A stretch of 61,363 bases of DNA, the filler included, from Platydemus manokwari (taxonomy: Eukaryota), in the NCBI GenBank assembly GCA_037951405.1. It is 6 parts of 6 records of this genome, joined end to end, with 100 filler letters (N's around TTAATTAATTAA, not from the genome) between each part and the next. Parts side by side here need not be neighbours in the genome. Positions count along the whole stretch, not along the records: positions 10,122 to 20,729 come from JBBMOY011120330.1; positions 20,830 to 30,935 come from JBBMOY011168325.1; 4 more parts are not named here. One strand, 5' to 3'. The notes under the pieces are model-generated. The model saw only the letters and a list, made by a program, of their open reading frames with translations, was not told the DNA's origin and did not search any database. Shown here piece by piece: positions 12,420 to 23,900 of the stretch. Made by a program: the position numbers and the translations under genes. Each line of letters begins with the position of its first letter. The first letter of the stretch is position 1.

Positions 12420-13530
12420 CTTTTAAGCGATTGCATCCGTACCAGGAGCAGATTTTGATAGTTTCTTAAATGTATTTTCAATTTGCACCAGCGTTATCTC
12501 TTTGAAATTGGAGTTGAACTCAGGTCTCGAAAGAGTTGGATAAAAACTGGGTGGAAGTGGTAGTGGATCTGGAACTGAGTAATGGTTGATTATATGATCC
12601 AACCTCTATAGTGCGATTGGATTTCAAGAAGACATTAAGCTTCGGACAGCGTTCTTCTGTTTAGTTACGAACTGGACACGAAGCTTGTAATCGGATGTTG
12701 GTTGTTCGGAGAAGTTAAGAACAGAAGGTTTGATCATTTTCTTTGGTAGATTCGATGGTGGTATTCGCTGCGCGAATAGATACAAGCATCTGCGTTTGGT
12801 TCTTAGCTCCAGTTTCATTAAGCTTGATAGCTTCCAGTATAATTGGATTTATAAGTTGGCTGGTCCCCTGCTCATTTTACGACGATGGTTTTCGAAACAA
12901 TGGAATATTTGAGATAGTTTTATTGACGTCATTTCATAACTGTGGCAAGGGCAGATTGTGGAATACCAGTGAGTAATTGGCATAGTTCAATATGTGCTGT
13001 ATTATCAAAAGGTCACAGTAAGAGGGATTGAGCTGCTGTGGTAGATCAGCTAATGTATATTGCACAAGAGTGATGGTTTCTTGGACCACTTGTAAATTTT
13101 GTATGAGCGCGTTCAGTTTGATCTATACGCATTTTTGTCCATTCAATAAATGTTTCGTGATTGAGTCAAAATAAAATTAGCACTATTTCGTTCGGTCCGC
13201 GATATATAGATTCCAATGGTAGCTGCGCCAATGTATAAACAAAAAGGCGATTTTCCAAGTGGCCAGTTTTTGGAATTGAGAAAGATTGATAAAAATGGTA
13301 ATTTTTTCTTGATTGATTGCTTGTAATTCAGTTGGTTGAGGTTCAGAGTTGGTTGGGTTGTCTTCGGTAGGTATAGGTAGGATATTTTCATTTATGAAAT
13401 ATGGGGTTGGAAGATGTGAACCGGTGATGACGAAATGTTTATAAAATATTTTCCATTTGGAATCGATGGTTTTAACCTTCATTTGTGATTTGAGTAACAA
13501 CCTTGGCATGAACATAGCAGGAGAGCACAA
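12420..13530 (-). pseudogene. Decayed glycoprotein-like (env/class I fusion-like) reading frame antisense to the Gypsy pol
   Basis: Hydrophobic SPFCLYIGAATIGIYIS, then after a frameshift one frame IKLNALIQNLQVVQETITLVQYTLADL...NYS...NKT...NET..NQT...NTT with two internal stops. GC content is higher than the downstream flank. Confidence 0.4.
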
Positions 13531-14399
13531 ATGTGAAAGGCCATATCGTCTATTACTCGGTAAATTTAAGTTTTAGTCATATTTCAATGATTATTTCTTA
13601 CATAAAATTCAATTTTAGCTTAAAAAGGAAATAATAACCCCAACAATTAGTATATATTATGGATCATGATTTCACAAACTTACAATTAAATAAAAATATC
13701 ATTTTAAATATAAAATTTCTTTTTTAACTTGTATTTATTTCTTTTATAGTGGATGTGCTTCAGTTGCGAACTAAAAATAATAAGCAATTCTAAAACTTTG
13801 TTAACCTTGCATCATGCTTAATATTATGCAATAACAATTTGGTGGCATAAGAAGTCAATAATCTGTATAAGAATGAAGGAACGCGACAAAATATAATATG
13901 AATAATACAAATTATGTCGATGTGTGATGTTCATATATCCAAAACCAATTCCACAAACAATTTTATTTGGGAGTCCAAATATTGCCAAAAACCACCTACG
14001 TATAGAATTTCAAATCCTAAGAAATATAAGAATAATTCTTGGACAATCGAAAAATTCCGGGAACAAGTAAATATGTACTCTAATCAAATAAATGAAAGAT
14101 GAATACATCATTCAATCAATAACTCATACATTCAAAGTAATAAACAGTGAACACAAAACTACTTTAAAAATGGTTCCCAACTGACTGAATCAAATTAAAT
14201 CAAAAATATGGTGGATTAAAAATTGAGTTCCAATATACTAGGCCAAATCTTCCAATTTCAGAATTGTTGGAAACGAAATAACAATCAAGATCGATAGATG
14301 CGGAACAAACATTGAAGCTCGAATAACAACAACAATAATGCCAAAGCAAAAAGAATTAACTTTACTCAATCACAAGAAAATTCTTTGAACAAATTCGTC

Positions 14400-14730
14400 A
14401 ATATAATTAGAAAAATCACAACAGAAGAGTTTTATTTTATAAACATATATAGAAATTATTCTTCGCCTGTCAACAAATGTTCAGATTAAAAATTAAGGTT
14501 CTACAGAAAATTAAACACAACCTCACATCTTCCGTAAATTCTAAACTTCAAAACAATTATATATCTCATTGCAATGAAGATCATCGAAGCAAGTATTCTC
14601 AGAAATAGTAATCAAAGTTAACAAAATGTCGACTTTAAAAGCACGGATTGACTTACAAATTTTTATTTAAACAGAAAAGACGATCTTCCATGTTGACTTA
14701 AATGCCTATTTGATACCATGAACAACCCGA
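14400..14730 (+). mobile_element. Highly decayed non-LTR apurinic-endonuclease (APE) remnant
   Basis: FYFINIY (~14430) and TIFHVDLNAY (~14680, GDFNAH-like) motif remnants. Confidence 0.3.
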
Positions 14731-15976
14731 CAATTACCAGTACGAGAACCATTTTTATTTTTAACAGCTCAAAAAAGAAACTACGCTCAAACTGTCCCAA
14801 TAGTTATTATTCCTGAGAACTATGGTGATTGGATATCATAGAAGCTGAATGGCAAAAAATCATAACAATTTGAAGAGAATTGGACTTATCGGACATATAT
14901 GTTGAATTCTAAAAATCTCCAATGTTACTGAACAATGTCAGTCATTCAAACAGCCGCGAAACCTGCGACAATGATTATGAATAACCAAAAATAAGGCCAA
15001 ATGAAAAAAGAGAATATTTGAAGCAAATCTTGCAAACATGCAAAAGCATGCTACCAACGCAGTGATGAGCTCTTGTGGATAAAAATTGTCTTTTAGAATA
15101 AATTTTTATATTTACAATTCTCAGTGTTGACATTAATATTTTCGTTACAATCCTTGTCCAATATTATGAAGAAATAAAATTTATATTATAATATTTGAAA
15201 TTTTTCTCCTGCGCTTCTACTAGTTAATAATCAATTCCAAGAGTAGTGATTGGTTCAACCGATTTCGGTACAAACCTTATGTTTAAATATTTCATTTTAT
15301 TGTTAAAACATGATAATTACCAGGGTACTAATACAGTCACTTGGCATAATTCATTTTCAAAACAGTTGATTTAAATTTGAATTTTCTCACCCGGGTTACA
15401 CATGAATCTATCTAACTAAACAAATACCCGATTTCTGCAAGTATGCCAAACAAACTATTAACCATAATTATTATTCCATTAAGTATTAAAAAACTATGTT
15501 TTAAGATGCCAACTTTGACTGCCAAAAAATTAAATCAGATAAAATTTCCGTTTCGAAATTTCATTTTTACAACACAACAGATTGTATAATCATGATATTT
15601 TATCTGTGTGAAGTATTCCCGAATTTGCTCGAATAACAATAAAAATTATCTGTTTCAGAGTAGTTCAGAACATTTCACTGGGTTGATCTCATTACATTGT
15701 TGGACTTTATGCGATTTGAAAGCCACTTATTGACATGCTCAATCTACAATGTACTTTTATCACACACCTTCAAATTTATTTTTATATAATTTTATTATGT
15801 ATAAAATAATTATTGTTTTAGAATAGCTCCGTAACAATAAGAAATATGATAAAGAGGTCTAACACTTGTTAAATAATCGAGAAATACCATGAATATTAAT
15901 ATTATATAGTTTATCTATCCTATTATTTATTGATAATTTTTAGTCATTAGAAACCACTTTGAAATTAAATATTTGT

Positions 15977-17125
15977 ATGGAATTTCCAAATAATATCAAT
16001 TCTCTAACAATCGTAAAAAGTTGTCCATTTAATCCTGTTTGTTTGAAATGCATTTGTGGTCGAAATATCGTTCCACAATTTATCAACAGAATTAACAAAT
16101 CTGAAGTTTATGGTATATTTAATCCTCTTATGATTCTCCTAATTGTCAATCTTGTTTCATTGTTATTCATGGGTGGTTTAATAATTCATATATTGAGAAA
16201 GCATTGGAAATATCTAATTTCAAAAGCGATTTATATTCTACCAATTATTGTGATGGGAGTCACATTTAGTGGATTAATAACGTTTCAGTCGTTCATAGAT
16301 TGGTTGGCCACACCAATTAATGAATTAATGGAATCAATCAAGTATAAGAAGTTCATGTGTTTTTATATTATATCGATATTTCTTATTTTTAATTCAATTG
16401 GAACAATGTCAGGAATGGTTTTAGCAACTGTACGATTAAAACTTTTGGACTTGTCATCGCTTTTAACTATCATAATAATTACCTGGTTTAAAGTCGTTCT
16501 CAGTTTATTTCTTTATGCATGTCATCGCAATTTAACTTTCTCAAAAATAATTTCTCATCTCACCGAACAATCATCAACTATTCACATTTATTTCTCAATT
16601 TTATTAAAATTGCTAATACCGTGTGGTTTGATTGCAAGCACACTTTTTATCTCGACATATCGTGGTATAATGGCCTTTAAAAACAAATTGAAATCGACGA
16701 GAATTAAATCCAAGAGAGATTTTCAATCATTATTCTATTCATCAAATTCCAGATTGATTAGATCAACATCAGAAAATAGTAATATAGAATATCTCAATCG
16801 AAAGAATATTAATGAAATGAAGTTTAAAAAATCCATTGGAATATTTAGATTTTCTCGTTTTATGATTTTCTTACTAATTCCAATTTATCTTTTCAGTTTG
16901 TGGGTCTCAGCATCTTGGTTAATTCTCGAAACTAATACCATGATGTCTTTTGATCCAACTTTTTCCAATTCATATTGCAAAATAACAAATTCATTGGATC
17001 CATTGAGATTAAGAGATTTATTTTTGATAGTTACTCAAATGCTTATGTTTACAATTAATTTCATTAGTTTATTATTATGCTTTAATTTAATTATTTATAA
17101 CAATACCATAAAAAGAATTCGATAA
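15977..17125 (+). CDS. Divergent orphan rhodopsin-like (class A) 7TM GPCR, single coding exon
   Basis: Seven hydrophobic segments. Cys at the top of TM3, LATVR at the DRY position, Trp in TM4, IP in TM5, a long basic ICL3 and FNLIIY at the NPxxY position. First ATG at 15977; an upstream exon via the TTTTAG acceptor at 15943 is possible. Confidence 0.7.
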   Translation: MEFPNNINSLTIVKSCPFNPVCLKCICGRNIVPQFINRINKSEVYGIFNPLMILLIVNLVSLLFMGGLIIHILRKHWKYLISKAIYILPIIVMGVTFSGLITFQSFIDWLATPINELMESIKYKKFMCFYIISIFLIFNSIGTMSGMVLATVRLKLLDLSSLLTIIIITWFKVVLSLFLYACHRNLTFSKIISHLTEQSSTIHIYFSILLKLLIPCGLIASTLFISTYRGIMAFKNKLKSTRIKSKRDFQSLFYSSNSRLIRSTSENSNIEYLNRKNINEMKFKKSIGIFRFSRFMIFLLIPIYLFSLWVSASWLILETNTMMSFDPTFSNSYCKITNSLDPLRLRDLFLIVTQMLMFTINFISLLLCFNLIIYNNTIKRIR

Positions 17126-18744
17126 AAATCATCAAATTTGTGTTTCTATTTTTATCATTTATTTTATTTTGTCATATTAGTTTCTGCAATTATTGAAATA
17201 AACTATAATATTCTAATTTTTGATTTTATCTTTGATAATTATTTAGTATTAACAACTCACTATAAAAGATTATCATAATTGAAGATATTTATGTGTATTA
17301 AAAGAATTATTTATTCTAAAATAAAATATAAATAATTATTAGATAAAACCAAATAATATTTGAAAATGTAATTAATGATGATTATATTCCAGGATACTTG
17401 AAAACATTGCAAATGTAATTGAATTAAATTTTTCATACCACGTAATTATGATGAAAATATTTTATAGGAAGTTGTGATGCAATACTCAAAATTTTTCATT
17501 CAAACATCCTGAGATTATTGGAATTATTTTTTCTAATAGAATTCTTGAAATTTGAAATTTTTAAAGCTAAATTGTTTTATTTTTTATGAAAATTTTTAAC
17601 TTTTAAAATGAGAAGCCAAGTATTATGACATTGTTTTGTATTAATTTATGGAATATTTTGATGAATTTCATAGTTTTTATGCAAGTATTTATTATTAGTA
17701 CTATTCAATGAAATAAAAATGGCAACCTTCGATTCTTCCGGACCAAGCACTGAAAACCCTCGAAAGGTTCGATTCGTGCAGACTCGAATGGCGTGCATGT
17801 CAATAGCCTGTCAGATACTTCTAAAATACCCATCCATAAATAAAATTTAATTATCAATCGACAAATATTAATCAGAAGCAACAAACACTATGATAAATCA
17901 ATGGCACGAGAATTAGAGGAAAACCTACTAACAAACTTGTAGGTAGACTACCCCATCAAATAGAAAATGTTAAGCTTACAATGAAAGGAGTCAAATGTAG
18001 GAAGTAATGTTATCTAACTCAATCTGTTGTATGATCATACTTATGTCCAATCTTTTAAAATTGTTTCCATTTCTATTCTATCTTTCGGATACTTATTCCA
18101 TTGAAAACGGATTATTGATTTAGTTCTTGGATGTGATTTAGTGTGCAAATGTTGACAAATTGATTTTAAAGTGCAAATTTGTGATCGTAAATACATTTTT
18201 GATTGTTTAGTGTTAGTAAATATATCACAGAGGACTATAGTATTCGTAAATAAACTTAGATAAATATAACTACAATATTCTGCTCCATAAACGTTAAAAA
18301 TAACAGACGTAGAAGTTCGCCAATATTGCAAAATATAATAGTTTGTTTCTATGACTGCTATGACTGATATTAATAGAAACATTCAACAATTATAGTTCTC
18401 TATCAAATCAAATGTTTCGTGCAGTTTAACCAAAGAGAAAGTATTGATTAAATTACTAGATACAATTTATCAATATTAGGCATAAATAAGCTTATCAAGT
18501 AAAAAATAAAAATCCAATATCTTAGTTTAAAAAATATACTTATTAAATATGTTCTAACAAACTTAAAATTTAATCTGCCTTGATAATAAAAACTGAATAC
18601 AATTTTTGGAACTGCGTCCCAATGTTATTCCTATAATTGTACTCAAATTATATTTTAAATCAAAAAAATCATAAAAAATAAATCAAAGAACACTTTTTGA
18701 CAAAAATTTAATCGATAATTGAAGATTTAATACAAAAAGAAAAT

Positions 18745-20412
18745 TTATTGTAATAAACTTTTATGAATTTCTTTATAATTAAATAAATAACGCTGATATG
18801 CTTCAATGATTTTATCTACTTTCTTATTCAAATGATCAATAACTTTGTGATCCATGGATCCAGTTAATAAATAATAATTTGGATATTGCTGAATAAAGCC
18901 ATTGATCTTGCTTGATTGAAATCTTTTAACTGATTCATAAATGCGATGTAATTTCTCAAATTGTGCTGAATTACAAATTGGAAAACATTGCCAAAACTGT
19001 AGAAAGAGTTCCGATGATGATTGATATAACAATTTCAAATCACGAATCATTTCCGGTGGCACTTTATTTAGATTTACACTGACATTATTAGCTTTAAATA
19101 GATCAGTATTGGAAAACAAATGACCAATATCTGTCAATACATCCATTGATTCTGATGATGAAATAAGTGAACGATTATTTTTGAAAATCGATCGTTTCAA
19201 TGAATCGAGTTTTGAATGTTTATTTGGAATATCGTCACCATCATTCAGTATTTGATTGTTCATTTGATTCGTGTATTCAACAACACGTGATCTGTTAAAT
19301 GTAATATAATTCAATTGGATATTATTACCCAATGATAATGCAGTATTTTCTTCATTGGTCAAATCCTTTATCGAATCACATAATCGTTGTTTCTTAATCA
19401 CGTGATCTAAATCACAATCATTATCACTATTTTGTCTCTTTTTATCTGATTTTGATTCCATTGTTTTCAAAATGAAAATACTTTTCCTATTCACTCGCCA
19501 TATCATTTCTTGAGAACTAGTTTTCGTATGCTTATGTTCGTCTTTGTTCTTTAGCGGCTCTTCATCAAAAATTTCACCCACTTCATCAGCTTTCGACAGA
19601 ATCTTCAACTGGTTTTCTTTTTTCAATTTTATCAAAGCTTTATTAATTTGTTTGACGTCATATTTCACTCCATCTCGAAACAGATCATCACGCAAATCGG
19701 TACGAAATAAATGGAAATAATGTGATTGGTAGAATTTTCCCCAAAATTGCTGTTCGGTTCTCAATTTCGGTACTTCACGATCGTAGATGATTTTCACGGC
19801 CGGATAGACAGTGAAAATATCTTTGATCATCTGTTTGCTGAGATTCAATTCTTCGTTGTAGTGGAAATTTGGTGATGATGATAACAAATACGAAGGAATG
19901 CCACGCAAATATGTCGAGAATTGATCGTTAATCATTTGTTCATTGATGATTTTTGCTGTGCGTTCCCAAAATTCTTCCCGACAAAGATATTTGTTACAGA
20001 CTAATTCCCGGTATAATTCGATTATTTTCGGATTGCTTTTACACCATTCAATTTTCGTCTGCAATTCAGTATTGGCCTTTTCTTTGAATTGTGGAAGTAA
20101 TCTTTGCAAACCGTTTTTAATGATATCTCGATCTTCGATTTGTTTAACGCGTCCAGCTGGATTCGTAAATTGAAATGTCAATGAAGCACTTGAGTGCATT
20201 ATAAGTTGAAGTTGAACTTTCTCTTTATCATCAGGACTTATACGTTGATTGCGAACTTTAAAATAATGTTCGCTGATTTTAAATGAATCTGACGTATTCG
20301 TCATCCATCCAAGTCGTTCTGTCATTAGATAAAATTTGCCTTCAGTTTTTTTATAGCTCACATGTTCAACCAGAGCAATAATATCTTCTGTGTGAAACGG
20401 GATATTTGACAT
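18745..20412 (-). CDS. GTF2H1: General transcription factor IIH subunit 1 (TFIIH p62/Tfb1), single exon, 555 aa
   Basis: N-terminal PH domain (HVSYKKTEG..YL..ERLGW, QRISPDDKEKVQLQL, FQFTNP). Two BSD domains (LYRELV...EEFW; IF..YPAVK..Y...VP....QQFWGKFYQSHYFH). C-terminal ELFLQFWQCFP. Confidence 0.95.
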   Translation of the reverse strand: MSNIPFHTEDIIALVEHVSYKKTEGKFYLMTERLGWMTNTSDSFKISEHYFKVRNQRISPDDKEKVQLQLIMHSSASLTFQFTNPAGRVKQIEDRDIIKNGLQRLLPQFKEKANTELQTKIEWCKSNPKIIELYRELVCNKYLCREEFWERTAKIINEQMINDQFSTYLRGIPSYLLSSSPNFHYNEELNLSKQMIKDIFTVYPAVKIIYDREVPKLRTEQQFWGKFYQSHYFHLFRTDLRDDLFRDGVKYDVKQINKALIKLKKENQLKILSKADEVGEIFDEEPLKNKDEHKHTKTSSQEMIWRVNRKSIFILKTMESKSDKKRQNSDNDCDLDHVIKKQRLCDSIKDLTNEENTALSLGNNIQLNYITFNRSRVVEYTNQMNNQILNDGDDIPNKHSKLDSLKRSIFKNNRSLISSSESMDVLTDIGHLFSNTDLFKANNVSVNLNKVPPEMIRDLKLLYQSSSELFLQFWQCFPICNSAQFEKLHRIYESVKRFQSSKINGFIQQYPNYYLLTGSMDHKVIDHLNKKVDKIIEAYQRYLFNYKEIHKSLLQ

Positions 20413-21399
20413 GATTTACAATTATAATTATAAATCTATTTAAATTCATTACAAATAAAATTATTTAAACAATATTAATTATTTTCAAAATAATAAAAAA
20501 ATCATTTAAAATTAACAAATAATATTGATTTAAACGATATTAAACTTTGAATAATTTAATTTTTCACTTTTAAAGTTATTTTATTACAGTATAAAAATAA
20601 AAATATTAATTAATAAAATACACTTTCAATATTATTATTATTGAAAAATTACTTGAAAAATATCTTTTAAAAATGTCCTTATTACATAATGAAATTTAAA
20701 TAAATTTGATTATAATAAATAATTAAAGANNNNNNNNNNNNNNNNNNNNNNNNNNNNNNNNNNNNNNNNNNNNTTAATTAATTAANNNNNNNNNNNNNNN
20801 NNNNNNNNNNNNNNNNNNNNNNNNNNNNNTCATATTTTCATTAAAAAATATTCTTAAATGGATTTAAATCAATTTTACGACTATGAATATTTTTCGTTAT
20901 TAAGATTAATAATACTAGAATTATTTTTATAATTAGAAATTTTTAAACATGATATCAAAATTATAGTGGTTTTCAGTAAAAATTAATACGCATCTTTAAT
21001 TNNNNNNNNNNNNNNNNNNNNNNNNNNNNNNNNNNNNNNNNNNNNNNNNNNNNNNNNNNNNNNNNNNNNNNNNNNNNNNNNNNNNNNNNNNNNNNNNNNN
21101 NNNNNNNNNNNNNNNNNNNNNNNNNNNNNNNNNNAAATCAAAGAGTAATATTACAATGTATTTTTTAAGTTAGAAGAAACACGATTGAAATACAAACTGT
21201 AAAAAATCACAATTTACCCAGAGCCAGATAGGTGTTAAAAGAGCAAATAACTTTCGAATCACTAAGAAAGGGAATTCAGAAACTGAAAGGACAGATTTTC
21301 ATAAGAATATACAAAGCTAATGATCAAAAAAACTGAAACCTCCAAGTGTGCATGAAGTTAGAGTTGTTTTGTTGATCAAAGGTTTCTATTGGTTCTTCG

Positions 21400-21720
21400 T
21401 GTTTTTAGAATTTGTTTTGTTGAGTCTCTTAGGGATTTGTGCCTCTAAGTGTGTTTATCGTGAATGTTTGTAATCTATCTCGTTTCTGATTTTATCATGT
21501 GCATGCGTGCATGGATCGAAGGTATATGTTTGTCTTTAAAATTAAAATGGTATTTTAAGGTATTTGCATGAGAATTGCCATTGATTTCCTTGAGGAACTT
21601 GGGGATTAATTGAATTATGAATAATGTAATCGAATAAATTATACCGATGCAAAATGATTTCTGATCGAGATGTAGTCATCAATGATATTGACTATGACTG
21701 CAATCATGTGTTGTTGAATA
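21400..21720 (-). mobile_element. Possible Penelope-like RT remnant
   Basis: The minus strand reads a KYHFNFKDKHI-like segment comparable to the PLE RT N.F.F.GK.Y motif. Very decayed. Confidence 0.25.
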
Positions 21721-23654
21721 TATATATCCATGAATATTGGCCAAAGAGCTTTCTCATGGATTAAATTGTGAAAAATCATCAGTATTTTATTTTATTAAGA
21801 GACTAGATTGCATCTCAAAGCTGGATTAGTGGGTTCATGATTTGTCACCTGATAAAAATACATTTGATTGATTTTTTCTAGAAAATGAACTTTCAGATTT
21901 CCATTTTTGCATTCTTTACAAAAAAGCTTGCAGGAGAAAAACTTTACAACTCGTCGAGCTCTAAAAATTAGCAAGGTTCTCTCATGCAAAGTTTCAAGGA
22001 GAAAATCACCAAAATGCTGCTAAGGAGTACAAAATAGGTTGTATGAAACTAGGGAAATTATATAATTCATGAACTTATTTGTTTTAATTTTCTATTAAAT
22101 CATACCAAGACTTCTCCAATAACCTAATAATGAAGAATAATCAAATTTCTTAGTATTCAAATTTAATTCTTAGATTTTTGAAATATTAAGGTTTTTATCA
22201 CGACCTATTCATAATGTTTAGTAAAGACGAAATATCACAAAACAAAAACTATTTTGGACCTTTGAACCCTTATTTTAGCGCTTTAAGCATTGGATGCCTA
22301 GGCAAACATAGCAACCAAACCAATTACAGAAGACTTAAATAAAAGATTATAATTCGAAAGATGAACATAACTACACAGTAACACACACACATAGGGATTT
22401 CCCAATCCCGAGCAAATCAGCCGAGCATAATACTATTTAAGCAATTATTAATAATTTTGATAACAATAAAGTAAACAAAAATTCGGCCTTCATTATAAAA
22501 CAATAAATAAAGCACCTAAAGAAATAGTAAATATTCGTTTCCAAAAAATTAGAAATATGTTGGGTAGATCACATATCAATCAAAGGGTCACAAGAACCAA
22601 GGAAAGGAGACTGAAAATGGTCAATACACGCAGACCCGATAAACACACATGTCATCTACCAATCAGATTTGTTCTAATGTTAATCCATATTTAGAAGCTA
22701 AGGATCTGGCAGCAAGTTCAAATATCCACCAATTGCACGAGAAATAAAAGGAAAATTTCGAGTAGATCGACCTATGAACTAATTCAGCAAATTGAAAGCG
22801 AATATTCTCGACATCAATCAAATAAACCCAATGGGTCTATAAAAGAGGCTGAGTTCCATGAATTTTTTTGGTCAGTAACTTGAGTGCTAAGCTTATTCTT
22901 ATGTGATTTTTAGTAATCAGTATTATGATTACTTTCCATTTTGTTTTTGAATTTCGACCACCGATCCCGTGATTTACCTTGTAAATTGTGAAAAGATTTA
23001 CTATTGTTATTGAGACTTTGATTGTAATATTTGATTTAATACAATTTCCAGATCTAAATTAATGATTGATAACCTAACAAATAGTTTAAATGAGCTAATA
23101 AAATAATATCTAAAAATCACCATAGCAATTAACTAGAGAATTACTAAAATGAATTCATTAGAATTATCTAAAAATTCGTAGAAAATCTATAGTTCTAGAA
23201 TTTATTAATTATATAGAATGAATTTTTGATGAAAAATAAAATTACTTTTAAAAAAAAAATAAAAACATTGAAAATTTCTTGAGTAGAAGTTCCATTTCTA
23301 AAAATAGTACAAATATGATGTGTTTCGGGCTTGCTCGATTTTTGTTTTAATCAGTCTCAAATTATTAATGTTATTAATGTTGATCACAGTTGTCATGATC
23401 AGTCTCAAATGAATTCTAATCAGGCCCAAGATACAACCTATAAAACTTATTATTATTTTCGCATAGCAACCAAAACTATATGATGATAGAATTGATTGGC
23501 AACAATGATCCAAAAGGTTTCTAATTTTATCAGTCTCAATATTATACAGTTATATTTTAACAATCCCCGATCAATAACTCAACTTTTGCTTCACTAAAAG
23601 TTTATTAAATATTTAACAACAAATACATTTTAAAACTACACTATACAGCTAATA

Positions 23655-23900
23655 AATATGGGTTCAAGACTACCTTCCAATTCCAGATGAAAAAACGGTT
23701 AATACATCCAACTATAGGAGTAAAACCAGGTTATTTTTCTTCAGAGTGTTTTGGGAGCACAGCTCTATAGTCGGATAATAAACGGTAAAATACTATAAAT
23801 GCAAATCAGTTGTTTACATGGTAATGGCATACTTGGTTATGGGAAATCGAATATTGGCAAGTAGCGTATACTGTTGACAAGCAGTCTTCTAACTATGAGC
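23655..23900 (+). mobile_element. Penelope-like GIY-YIG endonuclease remnant
   Basis: KSVVY followed, after a frameshift, by GKSNIGK*RILLT, matching VVY...KSYIG.T.R.L.TR. An RLP remnant lies upstream. Confidence 0.4.

Noticed and set aside
17719-17790. GGTTCGATTCG (B-box-like) at 17766 suggesting a tRNA or SINE
   Set aside because: No proper A-box and no cloverleaf can be folded. More likely a retroelement remnant.
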